Origin: Macrostomum lignano
Taxonomy: Eukaryota
Direction: 5' to 3'
Length of the DNA stretch: 64,000 bases
Assembly: GCA_002269645.1 (NCBI GenBank)
Contig: NIVC01000109.1
Coordinates: forward strand, 418,016-482,015
Below are positions 1 to 12,500 of the stretch, piece after piece; position 1 is the first letter of the stretch, and the number at the start of each line of letters is the position of its first letter. Below the pieces are notes generated by a model. It was not told where the DNA came from, did not search any database, and was given only the letters and a program-made list of their open reading frames with translations. Both the position numbers and the translations under genes were made by a program.

Positions 1-120
1 CCTCTGTCCCTCTACCCCTCCCCTTCTATCCCTCTGTCCCTCTACCCCTGCCCCTCTATCCCTCTGTCCCTCTACCCCTGCCCCTCTATCCCTCTGTCCC
101 TCTACCCCTGCCCCTCTATC
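1..120. repeat. 30-bp pyrimidine-rich tandem repeat, 4 copies, cut by the window edge
   Basis: Unit CCTCTGTCCCTCTACCCCTGCCCCTCTATC with period 30. Confidence 0.9.
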
Positions 121-271
121 TTAGCCTATTCATCCCCTTTTGTTATGTCTTTCTATTAGAAAAGCCCCCTCACAATTCTAACCTATTTAGCTCATTAATT
201 GCAATCTCGATGTCCATCTTTACCATTATAAATGGCAAACGGCACAACCCGCAGGTCAGTGGCCAGCAGCA

Positions 272-502
272 ATGTTGTCTCTACTCAAACCCGACGCCGC
301 TGTTCGAGCCAGCGCGCTCACCTTTCGCCTGCTGACAACGTCTGCGCCTTTGCATCGGCCGCCCGCCGCCGCTGCCGACGCCGCTCCGCAGGCAGCCGCC
401 GAGCCGGTCCGCGGTATCGCCTACAGCCAGCTGACCATCGGCGTGCCCAAGGAGTCCTGGCAGAATGAGCGCCGGGTGGCGCTGAGCCCCGCCGCTGTCC
501 AG
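272..502 (+). CDS. NNT: NNT coding exon 1 (presequence and start of domain I)
   Basis: ATG at 272, acceptor cgcag ending at 254, donor CAG|gtgggg at 503, phase 0. Confidence 0.9.
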
Positions 503-3500
503 GTGGGGAGTTGCCGCAGGTTTTATTAGCTCTGCGTTGATCTGCGATATTCTTCTATACAGTTTTCTAGGAATCGCCCGTGAATATTGTGCTCGTAATA
601 ATCACATTCTAGGGGTGTTAGAACCCCTTCGAAATCTCCATAATGATAATAATTGATTACACCTGCCCTAATGGCCAGATGTGCAACAGACAGCTCAGCT
701 GCAGCTATTGCGGCTGTGCAGTCCATGGAGACATGGACACACCATCAATTACCCCAGCTAACGCGGGCACCCATTTTTCAGCTGGGTGAACTAAAGTAAT
801 GCAGAGTTAAGTGTCTTGCTCAAGGACACAAATTGTTCGAGTTGGTTAATAATCTTGATAATTGTTCTTCAATAACATTCAACAGTGTATTGAGAACCGG
901 TTTTTAAAGGCTTGCTGAGAACCAGCCTTCAAAACTTCATTAAGAGCCGGCCTTCAAAAGTTTATTGATAACCGGCCTTCAAAACTTTATTAAAAATCGG
1001 CCTTCAAAACTTCATTAGGAACTGGCCGTTAAAAGTTTATTGAGAACCGGCCTTCAAAAGCTTATTGAGAACCGGCCCTCAAAACTCCATTAAGAACCTG
1101 CCATAAAAACTCCATTAAGAACCTGCCATAAAAACTCCATTAAGAACCTGCCATAAAAACTCCATTAAGAACCGGCCTTCAAAACTTCATAAAAAACCGG
1201 CCTTCAAAACTCCATTAAGAACCTGCCATAAAAACTCCATTAAGAACCTGCCATAAAAACTCCATTAAAAACCGGCCTTCAAAACTCCATTAAGAACCTG
1301 CCATAAAAACTCCATTAAGAACCGGCCCTCAAAACTCCATTAAGAACCGGCCATAAAAACTCCATTAAGAACCGGCCTTCAAAACTTCATAAAAAACCGG
1401 CCTTCAAAACTCCATTAAGAACCGGCCTTCAAAACTTCATAAAAAACCGGCCTTCAAAACTCCATCAAGAACCTGCCATAAAAACTCCATTAAGAACCGG
1501 CTATCAAAACTTCATAAAAAACCGGCCTTCAAAACTTCATAAAAAACCGGCCTTCAAAACTCCATCAAGAACCTGCCATAAAAACTCCATTAAGAACCGG
1601 CTATCAAAACTTCATAAAAAACCGGTCTTCAAAACTCCATTAAGAACCGGCCATAAAAACTCCATTAAGAACCGGCCTTCAAAACTCCATCAAGAACCTG
1701 CCATAAAAACTCCATTAAGAACCGGCTATCAAAACTTCATAAAAAACCGGTCTTCAAAACTCCATTAAGAACCGGCCATAAAAACTCCATTAAGAACCGG
1801 CCTTCAAAACTCCATTAAGAACCTGCCATAAAAACTCCATTAAGAACCGGCCTTCAAAACTCCATTAAGAACCTGCCATAAAAACTCCATTAAGAACCGG
1901 CCTTCAAAACTTCATAAAAAACCGGCCTTCAAAACTCCATTAAGAACCGGCCTTCAAAACTTCATAAAAAACCGGCCTTCAAAACTCCATCAAGAACCTG
2001 CCATAAAAACTCCATTAAGAACCGGCTATCAAAACTTCATAAAAAACGGCCTTCAAAACTCCATTAAGAACCTGCCATAAAAACTCCATTAAGAACCGGC
2101 CTTCAAAACTCCATTAAGAACCTGCCATAAAAACTCCATTAAGAACCGGCCTTCAAAACTTCATAAAAAACCGGCCTTCAAAACTCCATTAAGAACCGGC
2201 CTTCAAAACTCCATTAAGAATCGGCCATAAAAACTCCATTAAGAACCTGCCATAAAAACTCCATTAAGAACCGGCCTTCAAAACTCCATTAAGAACCTGC
2301 CATAAAAACTCCATCAAGAACCGGCCTTCAAAACTCCATTAAGAACTGGCCTTCAAAACTTCATCAAGAACCGGCCTACAAAACTTCATTAAAAATCGGC
2401 CTTCAAAAGTTTATTGAGAACCGGAATTCTAAAGTTTATTGAGAATCGATCTTAAGAGCATATTCAAAATCACTCTAGCAGTCGCCGTTTAACCAGCGTT
2501 ATCTTAATGCTTGTTATGACCTAAAGTGCATCTCAGTCCTTAAAAAGTTGCTTCTTGACCCCTGCCCGCCAGCTGCTGTCTAAAAAAGGCTTTCGCATCA
2601 ACGTGGAGAAAGGCGCCGGAGTTGGCGCCGAATTTCTCGACGGCGACTTTCAACAGAACGGCGCCAGCATCGTCGACCAGATGGCCGCTTTCCAATCGGA
2701 CATTGTGCTGAAGGTTAGGGCTCCGTCAACCTCGGAGGTCGACTTGCTGAAGCCCGGCAACACTCTGGTTTCGTTTCTGTACCCGGCGCAGAATACCGAC
2801 CTGATCAAGGCGCTGCAGACCAAAGGCGGCAACGTCATCGCCATGGACTGCGTGCCCAGGATCTCCCGAGCCCAGGTGTTCGACGCCCTGTCCTCCATGG
2901 CCAACATTGCCGGTGAGAGCTGTGCGGATTATATTGGCCCCAATTCTACTTGAGAATCGCCCCCAATTCTACCTGAGATTCGCCTCCAAACCTACCTGAG
3001 AATCGCCCCCAATTCTACCTGAGAGTCGCCTCCAAACCTACCCGAAAATCGCCCCCAATTCTACCTGAGAATCGACCCAATTCTACCTGAGAATCGACCC
3101 AATTCTACCTGAGAATCGCCCCAATTCTACCTGAGAATCGCCCCCAATTCTACCTGAGAATCGCCCCCAATTCTACCTGAGAATCGCCCCCAATTCTACC
3201 TGAGAGTCGCCTCCAAACCTACCCGAGAATCGCCCCCAAACCTACATGAGCATCGTCACTAAACCCACCTGAGAATCGCCCCCAAATCTATCTGAGAATT
3301 GACCCAAACCTACCTGAGTATCGTCACTACTCCTACCTGAGAATCACCACTAAATCGTTACCTCTTATCCCACGCAGGCTACAAGGCGGTCGTCCTCGCC
3401 GCCAACAATTTCGGCCGATTTTTCGCCGGCCAGATCACTGCGGCTGGCAAGATCCCGCCGGCCAAAGTGCTGGTCATTGGCGGCGGCGTGGCCGGCTTGT

Positions 3501-6500
3501 CATCCATTGGCGCGGCCAAAAATATGGGGGCTATTGTCAGGGCCTTCGACACCAGGGCTGCCGTTAAAGAGCAGGTGCGTTTGTATTGTCTTGGGGTATG
3601 TTATGTTGTGTGTAGGTAAAAAAATTGTTGGCAATATTCTTAGTTCAAATAGAGATTTGTACAGTTTGAATGAGGATTTTTACAGTTTAAATGGGGACTT
3701 GTACAATGTGAATGGGGATTTGTACAGTTTGGATGGGCATTTGTACAGTTTGAATGGGGATTTGTACAGTTTGAATGGATATTTGTACAGTTTGACTGGA
3801 GATTTGTACAGTTTGAATGAAGATTTGTACAGTTTGACTGGAGATTTGTACAGTTTGAATAGGGATTTGTACAGTTTGACTGGAGATTTGTACAGTTTGA
3901 ATGAAGATTTGTACAGTTTGACTGGAGATTTGTACAGTTTGACTGGAGATTTGTACAGTTTGACTGGAGATTTGTACAGTTTGAATAGAGATTTGTACAG
4001 TTTGAATAGGGATTTGTACAGTTTGAATGGAGATTTGTACAGTTTGAATGGGGATTTGTACAGTTTGAATAGGGATTTGTACAGTTTGACTGGAGATTTG
4101 TACAGTTTGAATAGGGATTTGTACAGTTTGAATGGGATTTGTTCAGTTTGAATGGGATTTGCTCAGTTTGAATGGGATTTGCTCAGTTTGAATGAGGATT
4201 TTTACAGGTTTAGAGGGGATTTGTACAGTTTGAATGATGATTTTTTGCAACTAAAACTAACCCATTCCCCGCAGGTCGAGTCATTCGGCGCGCAGTTCCT
4301 GGAGGTGTCGCTGAAGGAGTCGGGCGAAGGCACGGGCGGCTACGCCAAGGAGATGTCACCGGAGTTCATCAAAGCCGAGATGGAGCTGTTCGCCAAGCAG
4401 TGCCGCGAAATCGACATCCTCATCACCACCGCGCTGATCCCCGGCAAGCCGGCTCCCAAGCTCATCTCCCGCGAGATGGTCGAGTCCATGAAGCCTGGCT
4501 CCGTCGTGGTGGACCTGGCCTCCGAGGCCGGCGGCAACATCGAGACTACGAAGCCTGGCGAGCTGTATAAGTACAAGGATGTGGTGCACATCGGCTACAC
4601 CGACCTGCCGTCTCGTCTGCCCACTCAGGTTTCTTTACTGATAGAATTCTAATCCCCTTGCTCAGAATCCTAATCCCCTTGCTCAGAATCCTAATCCCTT
4701 TGCTCAGAATCCTAATCCCTGTGCTCAGAATCCTAATCCCTTTGCTCAGAATCCTAATCCCTGTGCTCAGAATCCTAATCCCTGTGCTCAGAAGCCTAAT
4801 CCCTTTGCTCAGAATCCTAATCCCTCTGCTCAGAATCCTAATCCCTGTGCTCAGAATCCTAATCCCTTTGCTCAGAACCCTAATCCCTGTGCTCAGAATC
4901 CTAATCCCTGTGCTCAGAATCTTAATCCCTGTGCTCAGAATCCTAATCCCTTTGCTCAGAAGCCTAATTCCTATGCTCAGAATCCTGATCACTATGTTTA
5001 GTATCATGATCCCTATGCTCAGAATGCTGATCCCTATGTTCAGAATCGTAGCTAATCTCTAAGCTCAGAAACTAATCACTAACCTCATAATGCTGATCGC
5101 TAAGCTCAGAATTTTATAATCCCTAAGCTTAGGGTACTAATCCTTAGCTCAATCTCAATCCCAAAGATGATGATAAATTCTACTCCAGGACTCAATTAAA
5201 ATCCCTGATTCCCCTATTGCTCAGGCTAGCACTCTGTACGCCAACAACGTGTCCAAACTGCTGCTGTCCATGGGAGCCAAGGACCACTTTTATTTGGACA
5301 TGAACGACGAAGTTGTCCGTGGCTCCTGCGTCATCGACTCCGGCAAGCTCATCTGGCCGCCGCCGCCGCCGCCGGCTCCGCCCGCTGGCGCTGCAGCTCC
5401 AGCAGCCAAGGCGCCCACACCGAAGGAGCTGGAAGCCAAGGAGCCCGACTACTTTGGCGACACGTTGAAAAGTGCAAGCGCCTACGGTGCTGGGTTGGGC
5501 ACCCTGCTCGGTCTGGGCTACGTGTCACCCAATGCCGCCTTCTCTGGAATGGTGAGTCGGTTAGAAGGGTTTTTCACTAGCTTTGTCCCTGAAGTTATCA
5601 GTGTCCCTGAAGTTATCAGTGTCCCTGAAGTTATCAGTGTCCCTGAAGTTTTAAGTGTCCTCTGAAGTTTTTAGTGTCCCTGAAGTTATCAGTGTCCTCT
5701 GAAGTTTTTAGTGTCCTCTGAAGTTTTTAGTGTCCCTGAAGTTATCAGTGTCCTCTGAAGTTTTTAGTGTCCCTGAAGTTATCAGTGTCCCTGAAGTTAT
5801 CAGTGTCCTCTGAAGTTTTTAGTGTCCCTGAAGTTATCAGTGTCCCTGAAGTTATCAGTGTCCTCTGAAGTTTTTAGTGTCCTCTGAAGTTTTTAGTGTC
5901 CTCTGAAGTTTTTAGTGTCCTCTGAAGTTTTTAGTGTCCCTGAAGTTATCAGTGTCCTCTGAAGTTATCAGTGTCCTCTGAAGTTATCAGTGTCCTCTGA
6001 AGTTTTTAGTGTCCCTGAAGTTATCAGTGTCCTCTGAAGTTTTTAGTGTCCCTGAAGTTATCAGTGTCCCTGAAGTTATCAGTGTCCTCTGAAGTTATCA
6101 GTGTCCCTGAAGTTATCAGTGTCCCTGAAGTTATCAGTGTCCTCTGAAGTTTTTAGTGTCCTCTGAAGTTTTTAGTGTCCTCTGAAGTTTTTAGTGTCCT
6201 CTGAAGTTTTTAGTGTCCTCTGAAGTTTTTAGTGTCCTCTGAAGTTTTTAGTGTCCTCTGAAGTTTTTAGTGTCCTCTGAAGTTTTTAGTGTCCTCTGAA
6301 GTTTTTAGTGTCCTCTGAAGTTTTTAGTGTCCTCTGAAGTTATCAGTGTCCTCTGAAGTTTTTAGTGTCCTCTGAAGTTTTTAGTGTCCCTGAAGTTTTT
6401 AGTGTCCTCTGAAGTTATCAGTGTCCCTGAAGTTATCAGTGTCCCTGAAGTTATCAGTGTCCCTGAAGTTATCAGTGTCCCTGAAGTTATCAGTGTCCCT

Positions 6501-9500
6501 GAAGTTATCAGTGTCCCTGAAGTTATCAGTGTCCCTGAAGTTATCAGTGTCCCTGAAGTTATATTTCCCTGAAGTTTAAAAAAATTAATTAGTGTTATAC
6601 TTACATTATATACGAAAATACTCTTGCATTTCTACTTTTAAGTAGTCACTAAACGTCAATTAAAAAGCGCCAAAACTTTCTTCAATTTCGCCTCAGCTGA
6701 CCACATTCTCGCTGTCGACCCTCGTTGGCTACCACACTGTCTGGGGCGTCACCCCGGCCCTGCACAGCCCCCTGATGAGCGTGACCAACGCCGTTTCCGG
6801 CATCACGGCAGTTGGCGGCCTCCTGCTGATGGGCGGCGGCCTGACGCCATCGAATGTGCCGCAGTCGCTCGGCGCAGTGGCTGCCTTCATCTCCAGCATC
6901 AACATCGGCGGCGGCTTCTTGGTTACCCAGCGAATGTTGGACATGTTCAAGCGGCCTACTGATCCGCCCGAGTTCAACTATCTGTACCTGGTGCCCGGGG
7001 CCACGCTGGTTGGCGGCTACGGCGCTCTGCTGTACCAGGGCGGCGGTCACGACCTGCACCAGTTGGCTTATCTGGGCTCCTCGCTCTGCTGCGTTGGGGC
7101 GCTGACCGGACTGAGCTCGCAGAAGACCTGCCGCCTGGGTGAGCGGGATTGCTGTTGATCTGTTGGCAGGTAGGGAATGGTTGATTGACGGGTAAAGAAT
7201 ATTGATTGACAGGTAGGGAATGGTTGATTGACATGTTGGGAATTATTGATTGTCAGGTAGGGAATCGTAGATTGTCAGGTAGGAATGGTTGATTGACGAG
7301 TAGAGTATTATTGATTGACAGGTTGATTAATTGACAGGTTGATAGGTTGATCTCAAATGGTTGATTGACAGGTCGGGAATGGTTGATTAATAAAGGTAGA
7401 TCATAATTGACAGTTGAGAATTGATGAATTGATAGATGATTGATTGACAGATAGGAATGATTAATTGGCAGGTAGGGATAGTTGATTGACAGGTCGGGAA
7501 TGGTTGATTAATAAAGGTAGATCATAATTGACAGTTGAGAATTGATGAATTGATAGATGATTGATTGACAGATAGGAATGATTAATTGGCAGGTAGGGAT
7601 AGTTGATTGACAGGTAGGGATGGTTGATAGGTACGCTAGTTCAGATTGGCAGTCTGCAAGCAAGCCCTAACACCCCGCTCCCACCCCACCCGCAGGCAAC
7701 GCACTCGGCATGATCGGCGTGTCTGGCGGAGTGACGGCCACCCTTGGCATCCTGCAGCCCGAGCCGTCCGTGCTGGCCCAGATGGGCGCCGTCTGCCTGA
7801 CCGGCGCCAGCATCGGCGGAGTCATGGCCAAGCGGATGGAGGTGACGGACCTGCCGCAGATGGTGGCCCTGTTCCACAGCCTGGTGGGCGCCGCCGCTGT
7901 CATCACCTGCGTGGCCACCTACATTCACGAGCAGCCGCACTTTGCCGCTGGCGACACCGCCGCTGCCAACCTGTTGAAGACTGTCGCCTTTCTTGGTACC
8001 TACATTGGCGGCGTGACCTTCACCGGCTCCCTGGTGGCATTCGGCAAGCTGCAAGGCCTGCTGAAGTCCGAGCCGCTGATGCTGCCCGGTCGCAACGCCC
8101 TGAATGCCTCCATGTTCGGCGCCAGCCTGGCTTCTGGCGGCGCTCTGGTGGCCCTGCCCGAGATGAGCTCCGGCCTGGCTGCCCTGGCCGCCACGACTGG
8201 CCTGTCCTCCGTGATGGGCGTCACCCTCACCGCTGCCATCGGAGGTGAGTCTGGGGATCCAAGGGCATCCCAGGGTTCGATTCCTGGCGCGTCCTGTCGT
8301 TAATTTGAGACTTGTGAATTATCATTTAGCTTGTGCAATGTGCGATGTACAAGGGGTGTGCAATAAGTTTCCGGATGTGTAAAGAAATAGTTAGAGAGCA
8401 ACTGACAGTCATTTTTTCAAGGTACTCTCCAGAAGAGTCTATATGCAGCCGGACCACTCTGAACTTGGCACTTGACCCCATTGACATGCTTGATGAAGGC
8501 CTTGACTGCAGCTTCCGGCGATGAATAGCGAATGCCACGCATCTTCCGCTTGATTTGCGGAAACTAAAAGAAGTCGCACGGGGCCGAGTTCTTGAATGTG
8601 TTTTGTAGCCAGGAATTCGACCACTTGCCTGGACTTGTGGGCGCCCAGTCAGTCGATCGACAACAAAAGTGGTAACTCGGACCAATATTCAACCAAATTT
8701 CATCGTCTCAGAAGGACGCCATAATCTGATCGATTTTTAACTGAAAATTTAACACACACAAACAAACAAACCAGATGAAATTCTAAACGATAACAGTCGT
8801 CATACGACTTTTATCTGTTTTAGTCGACCGATTTTTTCAAATCAAATCATTTTTTGTACGTAATTCAACGATTTTAAGGGTAAACCGTAACGACAACTCA
8901 GATATTTACTCGTCAGAACTCCGACTTTCATCTGTAGAAAATCGTGCCGAAAAAATGAAGCGTTTTTGCCCAATTTTTCTCCGCAAATGAAGGACCGAAT
9001 TTCAACTATTTTCAACGCCTTTGTCTCATCGATTAATGTCCGCTTTTCTCCGCAAATGAAGAACCGAATTTTAACGATTTTCAACGCCTTTGTCCCATCG
9101 ATTAATGTCCGCTTTTCTCCGCAAATGAAGAACCGAATTTTAACGATTTTCAACGCCTTTGTCCCATCGATTAATGTCCGCTTTTCTCCGCAAATGAAGA
9201 ACCGAATTTTAACGATTTTCAACGCCTTTGTCCCATCGATTAATGTCCGCTTTTCTCCGCAAATGAAGAACCGAATTTTAACGATTTTCAACGCCTTTGT
9301 CCCATCGATTAATGTCCGCTTTTCTCCGCAAATGAAGAACCGAATTTTAACGATTTTCAACGCCTTTGTCCCATCGATTAATGTCCGCTTTTCTCCGCAA
9401 ATGAAGAACCGAATTTTAACGATTTTCAACGCCTTTGTCCCATCGATTAATGTCCGCTTTTCTCCGCAAATGAAGAACCGAATTTTAACGATTTTCAACG

Positions 9501-12500
9501 CCTTTGTCCCATCGATTAATGTCCGCTTTTCTCCGCAAATGAAGAACCGAATTTTAACGATTTTCAACGCCTTTGTCCCATCGATTAATGTCCGCTTTTC
9601 TCCGCAAATGAAGAACCGAATTTTAACGATTTTCAACGCCTTTGTCCCATCGATTAATGTCCGCTTTTCTCCGCAAATGAAGAACCGAATTTTAACGATT
9701 TTCAACGCCTTTGTCCCATCGATTAATGTCCGCTTTTCTCCGCAAATGAAGAACCGAATTTTAACGATTTTCAACGCCTTTGTCCCATCGATTAATGTCC
9801 GCTTTTCTCCGCAAATGAAGAACCGAATTTTAACGATTTTCAACGCCTTTGTCCCATCGATTAATGTCCGCTTTTCTCCGCAAATGAAGAACCGAATTTT
9901 AACGATTTTCAACGCCTTTGTCCCATCGATTAATGTCCGCTTTTCTCCGCAAATGAAGAACCGAATTTTAACGATTTTCAACGCCTTTGTCCCATCGATT
10001 AATGTCCGCTTTTCTCCGCAAATGAAGAACCGAATTTTAACGATTTTCAACGCCTTTGTCCCATCGATTAATGTCCGCTTTTCTCCGCAAATGAAGAACC
10101 GAATTTTAACGATTTTCAACGCCTTTGTCCCATCGATTAATGTCCGCTTTTCTCCGCAAATGAAGAACCGAATTTTAACGATTTTCAACTTCTTTTTGAA
10201 AATAAAATGAGACCGGACATGAAGAACTGCTTTCTTTATACAAAGAAGTCTAAACGCATGGACTTGCGTTACGTAGAATAATATAGGCGAACTGGGTGTA
10301 TTTACTGTACGTTCGTAAGTGCCGTATAAAAGCAATAACTGTGCTTTTACATGAATTGCAAATACATGAACAGCTATAGAAAAAATTATTGAGCAAAGTA
10401 GTTTTATAAACAATTGTAACTGCTGAATGAACGCTAGAACGATAACTGCTAAAAAGAATTGCATCGCTTGCTAATACATGGATATAAAAAGTTTAGTAAG
10501 CAAAACTAGCAATCAGCGCCGCTGCTTGGTCTGCCCCGCTTTGCGGTTGCCGGCGACTTGGCTTTCTGCTGTCGCTTTCGACGCTGTGAAATAGCGTCAA
10601 CGCAGCGTGCGAAAGCGATGCCAAGGTCTTTTCGCGCAATCTCAATTCCGTTGTTGGTCAGATTACTAATTATTATGTCAATTTTAACTTCATCTGCGGC
10701 ATGGCGAATCTCGTCCCCGTTGTAGTGAAAGCATTCGAATAAAGCCACGTAGAAGCAAGCCCATTTTCTTTGCTTTCGTATCAGCGCCGTGAGCCTCTTT
10801 ATATTCCTTGATGTTCTTCGACAGCGTGTTGCGATCTACCGAGCGCACGTGCACGCCAGACAAGCTCTCGGATAGTGGCACGAGAAAATTGGTGACTTAA
10901 TTTTTCAATCTGGACGGTCTTGCTTTTGGCAGAAAAGCTGCCGCAAAAGCCACTTGCAGATGCCACCGTCGAACTGGTGCAGGAAGCAGGGAGGGCATCC
11001 AGCAGTGAAATCGAAGCCGTTTAACTGCTCCAAAGGTGATACGGCATACACCTGTAACAAATTTCAAAGAGGAAACTTTAAAATAACATAAAGCTAGGGC
11101 GAAAAGCTCAATAAAATTCCTGTGTGCGGGAATATTAGGGGCTAATTGAAGTGTGTCTCTTTTGGTGCGAACACCGGGTGAAGTGCAACCAGCTCGCTGT
11201 GCTGCCCGCTTCATGCGGTCGGTGACTTGAACAGAATAGTAGCGGCCTCCTGCAGTCGGTTGCGCTTCGTTTGTACATAACATTTATCGCAGCCATAGGT
11301 GGCGTTGTAACGCTTCACTCCGATTACATCGGCGCGAACTGGGGCATCAAAAATTGCGATCAACGGATGCAAATGCAGACGCCGCGGTAGTCCCTTTTCG
11401 TCAACAACTGTAATTCCCACCTCGCGAAAATCGTTTAGCACAGGAACAACCATCTGGAGAAATTGCGAAGCTTTTAGTTTACGTTTTCCCGTCCACAAAG
11501 CGCATCTTAAATTTGTCATTAACTTTGTTTATGACAAGATAAACGGGATAGACTTCGGCAGGGGATGTCCTCGAAATAGAGAAACCGTCCGTACACAAAG
11601 TTTAACTTAATCGCGGCGGTCTTGCGGTTTAATTGTCTGCAGAAACCGCTAATATGCTATGCTTCCAGCAAAACTTAGACAACCAGGCTTGTACACTAGA
11701 TCGCAAGCAAATGTTACAAACCGCAGCATATTATATTCTTTGATCATCGTAAGCAATTGCGTGCGAACGTCCAGAACCCAAAACTTAACAACCGCCGAAT
11801 GACAATCTGGACAGCACTCGTCAGCTGCTACTGCTTCAACGCGGCTCACATTAAACGTACTACACACAAAGTCGCACGTAGCATTCTTCGGACGAAATGG
11901 GCTTTTGCAAGGTTGAATTCCGATAACTTTATCAAGTTGGCGCAGACTTATGGGGACGGAGTTTGCCCTGGTCAGAAGACGTTGCAACAGATCAAGCAAT
12001 CGCTTTTTTGGTTGTCGGCGCAACTTGCTTTTTATGGCGAATTCTTAAATCTCGGTAGCAGCCTGCTTAATGCTTAGACAGGCACCCAAAAAAATGGATT
12101 CTCTAGCAGCATGGCATCGTCATCCGATTCATGGTTGGAGTCATCAGTCTCGGATTCGTCAGCGTTGGACTCAATATCGCTGATGGGGGGGGGCTTGCTC
12201 ATGATTGGCGTCAGAGTCATCGCTGGACTCATCGCTGATGGGGGGCTGCTGCTCATGATTGGCGTCGGAGTCATCGCTGGACTCATCGCTGATGGGGGGC
12301 TGCTGCTCATGATTGGCGTCAGAGTCATCGCTGGACTCATCGCTGATGGGGGGCTGCTGCTCATGATTGGCGTCGGAGTCATCGCTGGACTCATCGCTGA
12401 TGGGGGGCTGCTGCTCATGATTGGCGTCAGAGTCATCGCTGGACTCATCGCTGATGGGGGGCTGCTGCTCATGATTGGCGTCGGAGTCATCGCTGGACTC

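Noticed and set aside
3477-5062. Long repetitive ORFs (DLYSLNG, LRILIPV)
   Set aside because: Translations of 21-bp intronic minisatellites; the NNT frame splices around them
6682-8239. Antisense and alternate-frame ORFs over NNT exons, likewise over SLC16 and RNF213-like exons
   Set aside because: Shadow ORFs from GC-rich codon bias on the coding strand
8842-10464. 540-aa and 414-aa repeat proteins
   Set aside because: Products of a stop-free 69-bp array in an intron; no unique domain
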